Origin: Haliotis cracherodii | Lineage: Eukaryota | Direction: 5' to 3' | Assembly: GCF_022045235.1 (NCBI RefSeq) | Contig: NW_027266274.1 | Location: forward strand, 10,974,001 to 11,038,000 | DNA: 64,000 nt | Shown here: piece by piece, positions 22,801-36,990 of the stretch | Position numbering within the stretch: the stretch's first letter is position 1 | Layout of the letters: every line of letters starts with the position of its first letter | Notes under the pieces: model-generated | What the model saw: only the letters and a program-made list of their open reading frames with translations | What the model was told of the DNA's origin: nothing | Databases searched by the model: none | Translations under genes and position numbers: made by a program

Positions 22801-25800
22801 TGTAAGTATCAAAATGCAAAATGTTATACATTTTCCTGCATTCTTGTTGGGCTTTCCTCGGCTACAATCCGTGTTTTGAAACGAATATATATGTATTGAG
22901 AGGTTGTATTCACATTGAAATATATACATAAAGCCACATACTGATTGTGGTTATGTGATATAACGCCTCAACATGCTCTGACAATAACATTCAAAGTTTA
23001 TTAACTGGAAACTCTGTGAAGGCAGTAGGTAGGTGGTATTCTGTACACACCATTCCGCTTCAAAATGCGTATTTTAGCCGAGGAAAGCCAAACGTGAACA
23101 TGACAGAATGTATTAAATTTTTCATATTTATACTTTCATCTTTCTACGTTTAACAAACATTGGTTCATATCAAGTTATATGTTAATATCAAGTGTAGAAT
23201 ATTCCCATGCATAAATCGTTGGTTACAACAGTCGTTGATGCTATGTGCATTTGCTAGGCTACTGTCAAGAGGTTAAGAGGCTATATATTGCCATCACAGA
23301 CAACGTCGTTGAAACTACACCATGTCTCATGTAAAATACTTCAATGTAAAGTACTCTCCCTAGGTTCCACAATATCCCCCGAGACCGTACTGTCACTGTG
23401 TGGAACCGACGAAGCCACATTTCATTCCGAAATTGACTTGTTTTCCTTGTACATTTGATGCATAGTTTCAAATGAATTACTTGATGAAGTCATTTTTTCA
23501 TCATTTTAGCCATTAGTTTCTTGCAATTGTCGAACTATGTTTATTATAGCAGATAATTATTTTCCTCTCCTTATATATAAACAACAGCATACATTTCATA
23601 CTTCAAGTATTCCCCAGACAAACAAAGTAGTTGGCTCTCATTGACCTCAATATTACGAAATCGGTTAACCAAGGGTAATTAATTAATCACTTGTATAAAT
23701 GCCCTTTGGCCATACCAGTAATTAGAGCCGGTGACAACCAAATACAGAGAAGGAGGCAATACGTACCTGTGGGTTTCATTATGCCGAATAATTATTTTGT
23801 GACTTTTAACTAGATTTTCCGTCGATCCTGTGTCTGAATCTCAAAACACAAACCGGCTTCCTTTGCGATTCTCGGCGGATTCCAAACTGAGGGACTTGTG
23901 GGACTATTAATAATGTCCCGAACTCTCGTCGCGTGTTTTATGATAAGGAAATAGGTGACGCTGTGGGTACATAAAATATATAAAAGTGGCAACATTGTGA
24001 CAGATGTGACGCTGACTCTGGCTTTATTAGTCATGTCATGTGATGAAGTTCTTTTTATGCAAATTTTAGAATTTGCCTTTGAAAAATCGAGGAAGGACAA
24101 AGATAACTGTTTTAATAGAACGCGCCTTGTTTAGCTCTCTGTAAGTGTAAGGTTACTCTTCTTAAAACTTGTCGTATAAATTTCACGATTTATGGAATGA
24201 ATTATTCTCCAAACACATTTTACGAGACAAGTAAGAAACATTTTGATAATATATTGTAGTGCATTAAGAACCAAATTTAATGACACTTGGATAAAATATG
24301 GATCATGTATAATGCGTGAAGCAAATATAGTGAATTGTATTGATTATAAATGTGTGTATTTTCGTTATTTTCAAACGGAAAAAAGTTTCAAATATATTTG
24401 TTGTGTCGTTCTTGTGGTATCTGCAAAATGGTCATGTCCTTATTTACATAATAATATTTTGCAATTCATCTTGCAATGTAGATTCACATCTCAATTCAAC
24501 TTTCTATATCATCTGTTCATCTGTATAGTTTACATACTTGATTATGACAAGATATTCCACATGTTGTGTTAATCCTACAGGAAAGTGATTTAATATATGC
24601 TGTGAAGGGAATCGCCAATGTCTCTATCACAATCATGTTATTAAGGGATACCTGTAGCCTTTGAGAAGCATAGATGTTAATTGTAGCAATGGTTCTTAAA
24701 TTGCAGATAAATAAGGTTATACATTGTGTCACTCGAACTATTACAGTTACATCGCGTTATATCTGTTTCAATGAAAATGGTGCATGAATTACAGACATTT
24801 ATGAACAAGGCATTCGTCTGCACGTTTCCTAAATGTGTACTTAATCAGGAAGGTCAAATGTCCATATAAGGAAATACCTCGTTGGGCATATGTCTCGTGT
24901 TCATGGAGGTCAAAAGGTCAAAACAAACACTGCCTGAGAGACCCAACAAGCTTGACAGGTCCCAAGGCGTTCAGAAAGAAAACGCTTATCACGAATTCCG
25001 AGGAATACACATATACTGTGTACGATTAGATTTTGTTTCTGTATTTTCATGTCACTATTAAGCATGGATATGGAGAAAGAAGTTGCAATATTATACAGAG
25101 AAACCTCGTTAATCCAAACCCTCGTCAATCTGGAAACCCTGTTGGACGGACAGTTCTGTTGGGAATGTCAATACCCCGTAAAACGTGTGTTTAGACCCTC
25201 AACACAAACCTTAGCACTTTCCTCACAGCATAATTTATGACTCATAACGTTCAGGATCGTGTTTGAAATCTATACACATTGAGGATCTAAAATGTAACAT
25301 ATTTCAGGTTGTGTTTAGTCGCTATTCATGTTTAAGATTGAGTTTAAAGTCGAAATATGTTTAGGATCTAAAGATGTTTTGTAAGTGTTCACACCTTAAA
25401 CACATTGTGTACCGTGTACAGTATTATAAGGATATTACTTCATAAGCATATGTGCTCACACAAAAATTATTGACCAGAATGAATTCACTTGGGGACTGTA
25501 TTCTCCGGGTAGATGGCATTTCAATATGTATGTATATGTTGATGATCTTGTGTTGATGGTGTGTATATTTTGTTGTTGAACGCTACAGTCAACGAAGTCC
25601 CAACTTATGTTGGTCTCTTGACGTATCCGTGACAAAAATGAAGTCCGATGCAATTCCTTGTTCTGACTTGTACCAAATGTTCCCCTTTTTTCAGGTGAAC
25701 AACTGACAGGCCTTTGCATGTGTCTGTCAAGGGTGCCACCTGTGGGGCAGAATACGCTCACCTTTTCGCGAAAACCTGGCATCATTACTATTTGATAGTG

Positions 25801-25894
25801 ATTCATAAACACATGATCATGATATAGTCGGAATCGTATTATCGACTCTCCTTAATGCAGAGATTTCTATAGGATTTGAAAGGATTTTGTTGCT

Positions 25895-26065
25895 TTATTT
25901 ACAATATTGAAACAAACCAGACAATTCAATGACTGATATTATGAACAACGTCTCATGACGTCGGGGTACGATGACCAAGTCAACGAGTCTGACCACCTGA
26001 TTCATGAAGTCGTCTCTAACGACAAACATGTTACGGAAGACCGGTTCTAACCTTGAAGACTTGAA
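25895..26065 (-). mobile_element. SINE family A, old degenerate copy
   Basis: CAAGTCAACGAGTCTGACCACCTGAT...GTCGTCTCTAACGACAAACATG. Confidence 0.55.
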
Positions 26066-27462
26066 CTGATGACAAGGTAAATGACATGGCAGGTTTAGTT
26101 GTTCAAACCTGCTCAACTTTCTTCTTTTTTTTCCCTCAAAGCCGCACTCAGTGGCTCCTGTTAACTGCGGTCAATGAAACAATCAAGAAATGACTATTCT
26201 AGGGTGTGTATTCGATACGGGCATTAAAGTTTTGTTTTTTACCTGAAGTGTGAAGTGTTTCAGTGACTGTGTTTCAGCCATGTAACATTTCAATAAATTT
26301 TGTTATTTTTTGTCAAATTTTCAAGTGTATAATTTCTTTTTCCCGGCAGTTAGAAGCAAGGCGGTACTATAACACTGCGACATGAACATAATCGAGAAAA
26401 AACAATGGGTGATAGCACGAGCACCGACCCATGCCAGCACAAAACCTGGCCATCAGATCCCAATTTCGTCAACGCTTACGATAAACAGGTTACTTTTTAT
26501 ATGTTTTTTTTTTTTGCAAGACGAATGAGTAGAAAATAACCTACGAGTGTGTAAATGTTATCTAATGTTGTTTTGTCAGCAATATTCTTGCTTTATGATG
26601 GTGACATGAACATAATTTGCATCTGGACGTAAACAAGTGGTTAATATTACGAACAACAACCCACGTCACAGTGGTGCAATGACACACATGCAACCGAGTC
26701 ACAAAGACTGACCGTTCAATCACCTTCTGGTCGTCTTTACAAGCTTTGGTCACCTTTATGTTATTTTGGATACTATGAATCAGGTTTTCAGATTAAAGCT
26801 TACGAAATCACAATTATATAACTGCGGATTGTAAATAATGGAACCTGAACCAGACAAACTAATGTCTTAATGCATGACGATACACGCCATGAAGATGGCG
26901 CAACAACCGATTCAGCTCTTGTGAGGCACTGGGATCCTATTCTTCCCTGGGATTCCCACGTGGACAATGACCTTCGAAGTACGATGTTTAACCTTGACCT
27001 CTGAAGGCTAGAGCCTTTAGTGAGTGATTGAGTGAGTGAGTTGGGTTTAAGACCGCTTTGAACAATATCAAGTTATGTCATGTCAGTTCAGTCAAACTAT
27101 TGGTGAAACGACGTCACATAAAATCACCCGTAACGTCAAGAACAATGGATTGACGTCATCATCTATTATTCGTGTTATAAATTAAAGGGACGCTCCACTG
27201 ACAACGAAAACCACGGAACAGTGTCGTAAACAATCGTGGTCAATCAGCGTGAAGTAAATATTATTATTCCTCAGTGAGACTAACTGAAACACAGAAATAT
27301 TTTTTATCAACGGAAATCCTCCCATCGAGTCAAAGCCATTATAGGCACTATCTGCAACGTAACTATGACCCATTCACTCGTATATTAACAAAAATAAACC
27401 TTCTGTACCAAAGCTTTGGCACCGTGCACAGTATAGATCGCAAGGTGGAGAGGTTCGTCGAG

Positions 27463-27620
27463 AGAGTGAGTGATTGTGTGTTTAAGCCGTTTTTAGCAAT
27501 AATTCGAGCAATATGACGGCGGGGAAACCGGAAATGGGATAAACACATTATATCCATGTAGGGAATCGAACCCGGCGTGACGAGTGAACGCTTTAACCAC
27601 TAAACTACCCAACCGCCGCT
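27463..27620 (-). mobile_element. SINE family C, degenerate
   Basis: GGAATCGAACCCGG...CGTGACGAGTGAACGCTTTAACCAC. Confidence 0.7.
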
Positions 27621-27949
27621 GAGTGCGTGCGTGCGTGCGTGCATGTATCACTGCTTGTGCTAGTCCGGAATAATGCCAACGTGAAGACGCTCTATACACT
27701 CCACAACGGTTTGTTGTAGTGAGGGGAGGGGAGTTAGTGAGTGAGCGTGGATTTATGCTGATTATGCTGATTATGCTGATTATAGCCTGGTTGCAACCAC
27801 ATCATGACAGGGACACAAAGTATGATTTTCACACATAGCAATCATGGACCAATCGAACCTGATCTCTGGACTGACATGCGGAGGCATTGACCATAATGCT
27901 ACCCGTCCATTTTCTCAGGAACCCCTCAGCATTCAATTATACACACAAG

Positions 27950-28113
27950 TAAGTGGGTATTGTTTTACGCCGCTTTTAGCAATACTCCAGCAATATCACT
28001 GCGGGGGAACACCAGAAATGGGCTTCACACATTGTTCCCTTGTCGGGAAGAAAACCCGGTTCTTCGACGTGACGAGCGAACGCTTTAACCACTAGGCTAC
28101 CCCGCAGCCCCCA
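27950..28113 (-). mobile_element. SINE family C
   Basis: TTTTACGCCGCTTTTAGCAATACTCCAGCAATATCAC...GAGCGAACGCTTTAACCACTAGGCTACCC. Confidence 0.78.
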
Positions 28114-28769
28114 AACACAAGCAGTGAGCAGTACATGGCAATGCTAGACTAGCGTATCTGTAATAAAACTTAAATAGATAAAATAATCGCCTGATCGTGT
28201 AAACTCAGCTTATATGCGTCACGCCTTGAAATCAGCATTTTTCGCTGTGGATACTTGAAGTGCACCGCAATCTCTGTGCACGGCCCTTCCCGATCCTGCA
28301 TAAGTGCTTCAACTAGCGACGCCTACTGTGCATTCTACAGCGACACACCTGACACACGTGGCACATTTCATTCTTTTCTTCTTGCTGAAGGTCAAAGGTT
28401 AGCTCAACATCTCCTTACACAAACCCGTTTTGCCATATTTATTACTTGATATCTACATGAAGACACAGAGATTTGATGACTTCCGCAACAGTATGAATAT
28501 GTGGCCTGTCTAACTTGAATAACGCATTCACATGATAAACGTTCGGCCAAAACGACTTTTGAAAATCTTGAGTAATTTTTGACAGGGTGGCATCCCTCCA
28601 TTGCTCCAAGCCACAATATTCGCTCTACGTGGTCGTTTCATTTAGGCATCGTAGGATCGGGCCGAGTTCGAATTCCGGATATATCCTTTGTATGGTTTAA
28701 ACTGCAGCTTATTCCTTGTTCACGCCATCAGACGTGACGTATCAGCATACATAACACGGCAGTCCGGTA

Positions 28770-30420
28770 GATAGAACTGTATCTTGCATACGCAAGACTT
28801 AATGTAACTGGTTGTAACTTACCTTGCATACTCTACACAGTATGCCGGTAAATGGAACTTTATCTTGCATACATTACACAATATGCCAGTGGGTAGACCT
28901 GTACCTTGCATACACAGTATGCCAATGGTTTGAGAAGTAAGTTGCATACTCTACACAATATGTTTGCGGGTGGAACTGTATCTTGCATACTCTACATAAT
29001 ATGTATGTCTTTGGGTTGAGCTGTAGCTTGCATACTCTACACTGTATACCTGTGGATGGAGCCGTACCTTGCATACTCTACACAGTATGCCAGTGGGTGG
29101 AGCCAATTTTGCATACTCTACACAGTATGCCTGTGGGTGGAGCCAATCTTGTATACTCTATACCGTATGCCTGTGGGTGGAGCCATTCTTGCATACTCTA
29201 TACCGTATGCCTGTGGGTGGAGCCTCTCTTGCATACCCTACACCGTATGCCTGTCGGTGGGGCCATTCTTGCATACTCTACACAATATGCCAGTGGGTGG
29301 AACTGTACCTTGCATATATAACACAATATGCCAGTGGGTGGAACTGTACCTTGCATACACAACACATTATAGCAGTGAGTGGAACTGTACCTTGCATACA
29401 CAACACAATATGCCAGTGGGTGGAACTGTACCTTGCATACACAACACAATATGCCAGTGGGTGGAACTGTACCTAGCATACACAACCCAATATGCCAGTG
29501 GGTGGAACTGTACCTTGCATACACAACACAATATGCGAGTGGGTGGAACTGTACCTTGCATACACAACACAATATGCCAGTGGGTGGAACTGTACCTTGC
29601 ATACACCACACAATATATCAGTGAGTGGAACTGTTCCTTGCATACACAACACATTATGCCAGTGGGTGGAACTGTACCTTGCATACACAACACAATATGC
29701 CAGTGGGTGGAACTGTACCTTGCATACACAACACAATATGCCAGTGGGTGGAACTGTACCTAGCATACACAACACATTATAGCAGTGAATGGAACTGTAC
29801 CTTGCATATACAACACAATATGCCAGTGGGTGGAACTGTACCTAGCATACACAACACATTATAGCAGTGAATGGAACTGTACCTTGCATATACAACACAA
29901 TATGCCAGTGGGTGGAACTGTATCTTGCATACACAACACAATATAGCAGTGAGTGGAACTGTTCCTTGCATACACAACACATTATGCCAGTGGGTGAAAC
30001 TGTACCTTGCATACATAACACAATATGCCAGTGGGTGGAACTGTACCTTGCATACACAACACAATATGCCAGTGGGTGGAACTGTACCTTGCATACACAA
30101 CACAATATGCCAGTGGGTGGAACTGTACCTAGCATACACAACACAATATGCCAGTGGGTGGAACTGTACCTTGCATACACAACACATTATAGCAGTGAAT
30201 GGAACTGTACCTTGCATTACACAACACAATATGCCAGTGGGTGGAACTGTACCTTGCATACATAACACAATATGCCAGTGGGTGGAACTGTACCTTGCAT
30301 ACACAACACAATATGCCAGTGGGTGGAACTGTATCTTGCATGTATGATACAAATATTGCACATGGTGGTTGGTGGAGCTGCAACTTGCATACCTATATAC
30401 AATGTCAGTGGGAAGAACCG
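28770..30420. repeat. 41-bp minisatellite (CCTTGCATACACAACACAATATGCCAGTGGGTGGAACTGTA) with 43-bp and left-end variants
   Basis: About 38 units; homogeneous core 29270-30340, degenerate edges. Confidence 0.95.
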
Positions 30421-30639
30421 TACGTTACATGTGAACAGTTGACCTGCTTCTGTAAGGTGTTTGTGAGAATCGTACAGGATTCGATCACATTTATCTATTT
30501 CATAATTCATAAATCATGCTTATGAAAAAGCTGGAATCGACAGTGAAATCTGCTATTGGTGGAGAATTCTTATGAGTATGAAATTGTTTTGTTGCTTTTA
30601 TTTACATATTATTATTATTATTTGCTGATTAAATAAATG

Positions 30640-31280
30640 CAGCAAAGAGGGTTTGGGTGAACCTGACACAGTCAGGCTGGTTAGGATCATCATCAGCTCA
30701 GGGCCCTTGCCCCCTCTACACGCAGCCCATACAGCGAATGGGACTTTTCTCAGGAGACGCTGCCTAGTCGAACCCACCAAGAACATTTCGGAGATTGTGA
30801 AGACTCTCCAACACTTCAGCCTTCTGCATTGCCCAGACTATCAGAAGGGCTGTATTCCTGGAAACAAACCCGGGTACTCTTCCAATGTCGGTCAACAGAT
30901 TAGGGGGTACCAAACTTAAGGAACCGAGAACAATGGGGTGTCGGACAACTTTGTACTTGAGATGCAAGCATGACATTTCGAAATATTTGCCGCATATTTG
31001 CCATGTTTTTCCTCAATCTTGTCAATCACATTTGTGTCAAAAGGGACAGAAAATACAATCATATAAATGGCTTCCATTGGATTTATCAGAAAGGACAAGA
31101 ACAGGTTTGTTGGCCTGGATAGGTCTGAGGCTGTATACGGGCCTATTTCAAAGAATTTTGCATTTGTCCTTTTCCTTGACGCCCTCAACATATTCTGGGT
31201 CGTGATATCTCGGAATCCGTCTAATATTGGTCCTGACCTGAACCTGTGCCAGAGACTGACTATTTGGTATTCCAGAAAAC
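30640..31280 (-). pseudogene. Unidentified decayed coding-like segment (possibly transposon-derived)
   Basis: More GC-rich than the flanks; overlapping minus-strand ORFs 30916-31344 and 30764-30976 can be joined by one frameshift; no family recognised. Confidence 0.3.
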
Positions 31281-31736
31281 AATTTAAACAAAAATTGTCT
31301 TCATGTTTTACTCCCTCCCCCAAAATCAAACAGACACACATCAATCATTCAATCCCCCGTGGTTTTACCTTGGCATCAAATAAAAAAAAGTTGAAATGTT
31401 AGTGAAAGGTGGTATATGCTTGATTTACGTAGAACAAATACATTGCCTTCGTAGGTTGAGCACATTGTCTTTTTACAGATTTTTTTAATTAATTATTTTG
31501 TGAAAATGAATACCAAGTTTCTCATACTCATCAATAAATTCAAGATTAGTTTCATTTAAACATATCTGCTTTCTTTTGTCAGATGCATTACCAATTATAT
31601 TTACTTTTGTTTTTTCAGTATTCCAGACACACTATAGATTTTTTGTTCAGCTTTTCTTGAAAGGGCTAGACGTGCTGTGTCACCTGCATATGACAATACA
31701 GACAATATAAGTGAAAGATGAATCATTATATCAAGT

Positions 31737-31804
31737 TGGGGTGAAATGGGGTTTAACGTGGCGTCCAATATTATTCACATATATAGCGACGTGCATGCTC
31801 GTGT

Positions 31805-31891
<87 letters not shown>

Positions 31892-32083
31892 AGTCCGGAC
31901 TAAAGCCGATTTAATAGTGCTAGCCCATTAAGATTCCATGCAGCAGTTTAACATGAATACCCCCCTGAGACACAGTATACTAACTCCGAGCCGACCAATC
32001 CTAGTTTTATCTCCATAATGCCGAGTACCAGGCAGGGTACCAACAAGTACCATCGTTTAACGTCTTTTGGTATGACGCGGCCG
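31737..32083 (-). mobile_element. SINE family D containing an expanded (GT)n microsatellite (31807-31888)
   Basis: TACTAGTCCGGACT...TAGTGCTAG...CATGAATACCCC matches 63731-64000 in reverse. Confidence 0.78.
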
Positions 32084-32229
32084 AAGGATATCATGAGAGG
32101 TATAAATTCAGTTGTAAACCAACGTAATTATTGTTCAGTGGGATAAGTTTCAATACCAGTAATCTACCTAGAAAATAAAAAAGGAGACAAGTTTTCTCAT
32201 GGTTCAACACTATCTTCACAAGGAAAATT

Positions 32230-32950
32230 TTCAAAGTGATGGTCAGTGGCAACTGTACGTTAATGAAATTATGACCAAAGTAATCCCAATGGTTAATTGC
32301 TTAAGAAGTTTCAAATATCGTTTGAATAAACACAGCCTTCAGACTTTGTTTAACTCTTTTAAATTACCATTATTCGATTACTGTAATTACATCTGGAACA
32401 GTTTTACTGAGGGCCAAGAACTGCTACCGTATTCAACGTAAAAACAGAGTTGAAAGATAAATTTCAACAGTGCTGACAGAATGAAATGTTTGTATACGAT
32501 AGATATATTTTTCCAGAATTTAACTGACAATAATTAAGGGTGCATATAACACACGAGTGCGTATTATACGCGAATAAATAAGTCTTGTGTACATTGATCA
32601 ATCGGAAGGTGTGCTAAATGGGATTGTTCACAAGCCAATATATTAGCAAATATCTCCGTGGGCGCTTATTATAGCGGTATTAGAACTACAGTTAGATGCC
32701 TTAAGAACCATATGTGGATCTGTTAGAGGAGTGAGTCATAGAAAAATATATAATGAAACGGGCTATGTTTCAATAAGTGATCGCCGGCAAAACCACAAAA
32801 TGGGTGTATTTCGCAAAATGTTATGCAATAAAACGCCTGAACACTTATCAAGTTTAATTCCTTTTAACATTTCTGCCACTTCAACGTGTGTAACGAGATC
32901 ATCCAGCATACTTCAAGTACACTCATGTCGCACGGAATTCAATTTAAAAG
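32230..32950 (+). mobile_element. CR1/L2-group LINE RT C-terminal fragment, interrupted
   Basis: LRSFKYRLNKHSLQTLFNSFKLPLFDYCNYIW ... LQLDALRTICGSVRGVSHRKIYNETGYVSISDRR...TPEHLSSLIP. Confidence 0.7.
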
Positions 32951-33061
32951 AATTTCGAAAAATATATTATCCACAATGTAATCCCTTTTTCAATGTTATG
33001 GTACTAGAAAAAAAATAATAATAATCCACTGTAGACTCAATTACAGTGACCTGAATGGCTA

Positions 33062-33337
33062 GAGTGAGTGAGTGAGTGAGTGAGTGAGTTGGGTTTAACG
33101 CCTCTTTTAACAGTATTCCAATTATATATTGGCATGTCAGCTTAATGTGGGAGGAAAGCCCAAGGTGATGCAGGTCTCAGACGTTTACCACTTCGGTGAA
33201 ACCCACGGGCACGGGTATGGTGCTGGAAACATAATCGGGGCGAACCGGGATTGGAACCCACAATCATAGGTTTCTAGCGTGCCCAAGGGGCGCAACTCTG
33301 CACAGAGAATCGCGGGGCCTTAGACTGGGCCACCCGT
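33062..33337 (-). mobile_element. SINE family B
   Basis: Near-full match to 54860-55125; (GAGT)n tail. Confidence 0.85.
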
Positions 33338-33398
33338 GATCGGTTCATGCATATTTTACGAAAACTAAAAGCTTTAAAAGGCTTTAATGTATGTTAAA

Positions 33399-33492
33399 GT
33401 GAGTGAGTGAGTGAGTATGGTTTAACGCCGCTTTTAGGAATATTCCAGCAATATCATGGCGGGGAACACCAGAAATGTGCTTCACACATTGT
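33399..33492 (-). mobile_element. SINE family C, 3' half
   Basis: (GAGT)n-ATGGTTTAACGCCGCTTTTAGG...CTTCACACATTGTA. Confidence 0.7.
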
Positions 33493-34554
33493 AGTATGTT
33501 AAACATTTTGGTACATTTATATATATATTTGATGTTGAACATTTTATCACACACTGTGTGTTGTGATATATAACTTAATTCATTTTTTTTATCGGAGAGG
33601 TCTTAAAAAAGGAATTGTGCCTGTTGACCAATCCATTTTGCAGAAAATAAAATATTGTTTAAACCACAAAGGAATTGGTTTACATATACATACGAATTCG
33701 TACCATTTTACATCGATTGTATTCGAGCTTATTTTTGTGTATTCATTTATGATTTCGTCAGTGACACGTTTTCCAATTATAATGTTTATCAATAACAATT
33801 TGTATTTCTTGTAGGGAAAAGTCTGTGTATAATGCGTTGCAATGAGTTATATCAATAGCGAATTAAGGAAGATCATCGGGTACCCTTGCTATTTGCTTTT
33901 TGAAAATATTTGGAAAAAAAATCATCCAAAGGTTGTAATCGCAAATCTTTATTATCTTTATTAATATTTTCCAAAATGACTTAGTGTCTTTTTTAGAGGC
34001 ATTTAGAAGTTGGAGTACTAAGTAAGGATAAAATATATGGATGAACAACTTCTTGATTAGAATTAGGAGCGACGTTTCGATGTAGTATTAACACCGTTAT
34101 CACGCAAGTGTAAAGTACTTCTATGGAAGCTGTAGTATTTAAGTAAAGTTTTCTTATATCCTCTACTAGACTTGAACAATCTTTGCTTGTTTTGTAAATC
34201 TCTATTCCTTTGGCAAATAGTTTTTTCCTGGTGATATATACTCTTCAAAAAATGAAACTTGACACTGACTTTCAAAATGTAATATAATGCGATTGTTTCA
34301 AAATAGGACACAGAAACCATAACAGAAACACTGTTTGAAGATCAATGTACACAATGTTAATTCCCATTAGTCCCTATACCCGAGTTTTTCAGCCTTTTAG
34401 CATTATTTTCTTTATAACAAAGTCATCGTTCTTGTCCTGGAAGGATACCATGATTGGCCACTGTTTTGGTCTCCCAAGTCTCTAAATTGTCTCTATGTTA
34501 CTGTCCTGTTCTGTCTGAAGATTGTTCTCCATCAGTTGTTTCACCTTATCCCCA

Positions 34555-34556
<2 letters not shown>

Positions 34557-34622
<66 letters not shown>
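34557..34622. repeat. (CT)n microsatellite
   Basis: Directly visible. Confidence 0.95.
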
Positions 34623-34625
<3 letters not shown>

Positions 34626-35188
34626 GTAAACAAGTCTTTCTCCATCTGTTTACATTGCACATTTAGTAGTAATATCTTGAAATCTTCCTCTTCCTCTACA
34701 GTCATGTGAACTTTTTTATTTCACTGTAGCAATCTTCTGGCTTACCGTCCAAGTTGGTAGTGTATTCCATACCCAGCCTTGCTGATCTCACTGAGTCTAC
34801 CTTACAGCCTCTCCCTCAGTCTCCTCCTTACTCTCCTCTCTAGTGTCTTACTAATCTCACCAATGTTGCTGTCTGTTTCATTTATTTTTCTATCCGTGTT
34901 CTCTTATCTGTTACATTGATTCTTCTTCAGTTGATAAAGTTCTGCTTACCATAATTTGAGTCAGTTGTGATAATGTCTTCAGCTCCGTGAATAGATCCTT
35001 CACCCAACTCGGAGTTGTAGTGGAGTCGATCTGAGGGTTTTCCTGTGTCCCTTGGAGTGGGTGGATTTGGATGTGGGTAGGTACTCCCGAACCGACCCTG
35101 AGGACAGCCTTGAATGCAGTCACAAACACGAGGGCTAAGTATACAATTCATATTCGACAAACACGAGCACATGCATTTATAACATATA

Positions 35189-36603
35189 TACTGAACCAAA
35201 TTAAAAACTTCACAATCCTAAAATTTTAACATTTTGACCAGTTATCATTGTGGGCCCTTATTGTGTATTTAAACAGTAATGGCCACGTATTGTCTTCAGA
35301 TAACACCCGTTTTTGTGCAGGTGAATCGATCAAAATCATGTGCACAGCACTATAGTGGCAAAAGTGTTTTTTCACGTGCAACTTGTCACGTGGCCATAAT
35401 ACCGCACGTGTTTTCAGCGATACGTGTTAGCAGTCATTAACAAAAAAAGAAAAACACCAGAAAACAAAAGTCTTTACGGCCATTTGTCATGCCACGCCTT
35501 TCAGATGTGCATCGTGAACGTGCCATCGGCATGTTGCAGACGGGAACATCCGTAGCTGAAGTCGCAAGGACTATGGGTTGTAGTCGACGGACTGTTTATG
35601 ATTTACAGACGCGTCTACAGCAAACGGGTACCACCGCTGATCGCCCTCGGCCAGGTCGACCAAGTGTGACGTCACATGCAGAGGATCGTCAGATTGTCTT
35701 ACGTCACCACTGTAACCGATTCTGACTCAATTTCACAGACGTCAACGTCAATTGTGGGCACAGCGACACTTACGATGGACTCAGAGGAATTGGAATCAAG
35801 TCGTCTTCAGTGATGAATCCCGATTTAATCTTTGATTTGCTGATGGTAGGGCGAGGGTGTGGAGGCGCCGTCATGAACGTAACGCCCAGAGTTGAGTACA
35901 GGAATTTGATTGATTTCGAGGCGGAAGTGTCATGATGTGGGGTGCTTTCTGTGGCAATGCATGTTTCAGGCTGCTTGTCACCCATGGCAACCTCAAAGCT
36001 GCTGCTTACCGCGACCAGGTACCGGCACAAGGACTTCTGCCTTTTATGGCAGCACATGGACCCGGTTTGATCTTCCAACACGACAATGCCAGACCCCACA
36101 CAACAATTTTGACAAGGAATTTCTTTCAGAAGGCGGGAGTCAACGTCATGGACTGGCCGTCAAGGTCTCCCGACCTCAATCCCATCGAACACGTCTGGGA
36201 TATTCTTGACAGAAGTCTGCGCACTCTCCAGAACCAACCACAGAATTTGCAAGATCTTGGCACCATTTTGCAGCAACAATGGCGTCGTCTTCCTAATCAT
36301 GTGTTCACAAGCATCACAAGGTCCATACGGAGGCGTTGTGTGGCAGTTGTCAACGCACATGGTGGCCATACACGCTACTGAACTTGTGTGCCATCAGATT
36401 CTCGCGCTTGGGACTTACGATTTAAACTGTTGATGTTATTACCGAATACCGTAGGTGCTTGGAACAAATTATGTTTACCACCGTTAATTAAAATCCTTCT
36501 TTGGACATTAATGATTAAAGATTACCTTCTCTGATACATTTGTCCGTTGGATATCATATATGGGATTACTTTTAAAAATTGAAGTTTTTAATTTGACTCA
36601 GTA
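35189..36603 (+). mobile_element. Tc1-family (DD34E) DNA transposon, defective
   Basis: 24-bp TIRs TACTGA(AC/GT)CAAATTAAAAACTTCA (22/24 identical) flanked by TA; HTH N-terminus MPRLS...GRP; FSDESRF, FQHDNARPH and WPSRSPDLNPIE motifs with 34 aa between D and E. Confidence 0.93.
35489..36381 (+). pseudogene. Tc1 transposase pseudogene (stops, frameshifts, internal deletion)
   Basis: ORF pieces 35489-35725 and 35932-36381; the first catalytic D lies in an interrupted frame near 35810. Confidence 0.88.
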
Positions 36604-36794
36604 TATATCATTTGCCCATGTTAATAGGCCTATTATGATCTAATGGAGAAAAATGTGACGTACTTGGGAAACAAATATCCCCGTTGATAAACTCTTCGTC
36701 TTGAAATAAGTAAATATGTCATTGATAATTCCACATGATTCCATGTCGCCGTGGCCGAAGACTACATTCGTTAGACTTTGGTTCTAATCCTTTT

Positions 36795-36990
36795 TGCGAA
36801 AAGGCGACTAACGGGATCGGGTGGTCAGGCTCGCTGACTTGGTTGATGCATGTCATCAATCCCAATTGCGTGGATCGATGCTTTTGATATTAATCACTGG
36901 ATTGTCTGTACCAGACTCGATTATTTACAGACCGCCGTCATATAGCTGGAATATTGCTGAATGCGGCTTTAAACAACAAACCAACCAACC
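36795..36990 (+). mobile_element. SINE family A, 5'-truncated
   Basis: AAGGCGACTAACGGGATCGGGTGGTCAGGCTCGCTGACTTGG...(AACC)n tail. Confidence 0.85.

Noticed and set aside
28874-30525. Overlapping ORFs in all frames
   Set aside because: Translations of the 41-bp minisatellite.
33840-35130. Possible LINE ORF1 remnants on the minus strand (RPIMVSF motif, coiled-coil-like segment)
   Set aside because: Too fragmentary to place boundaries or family with confidence.
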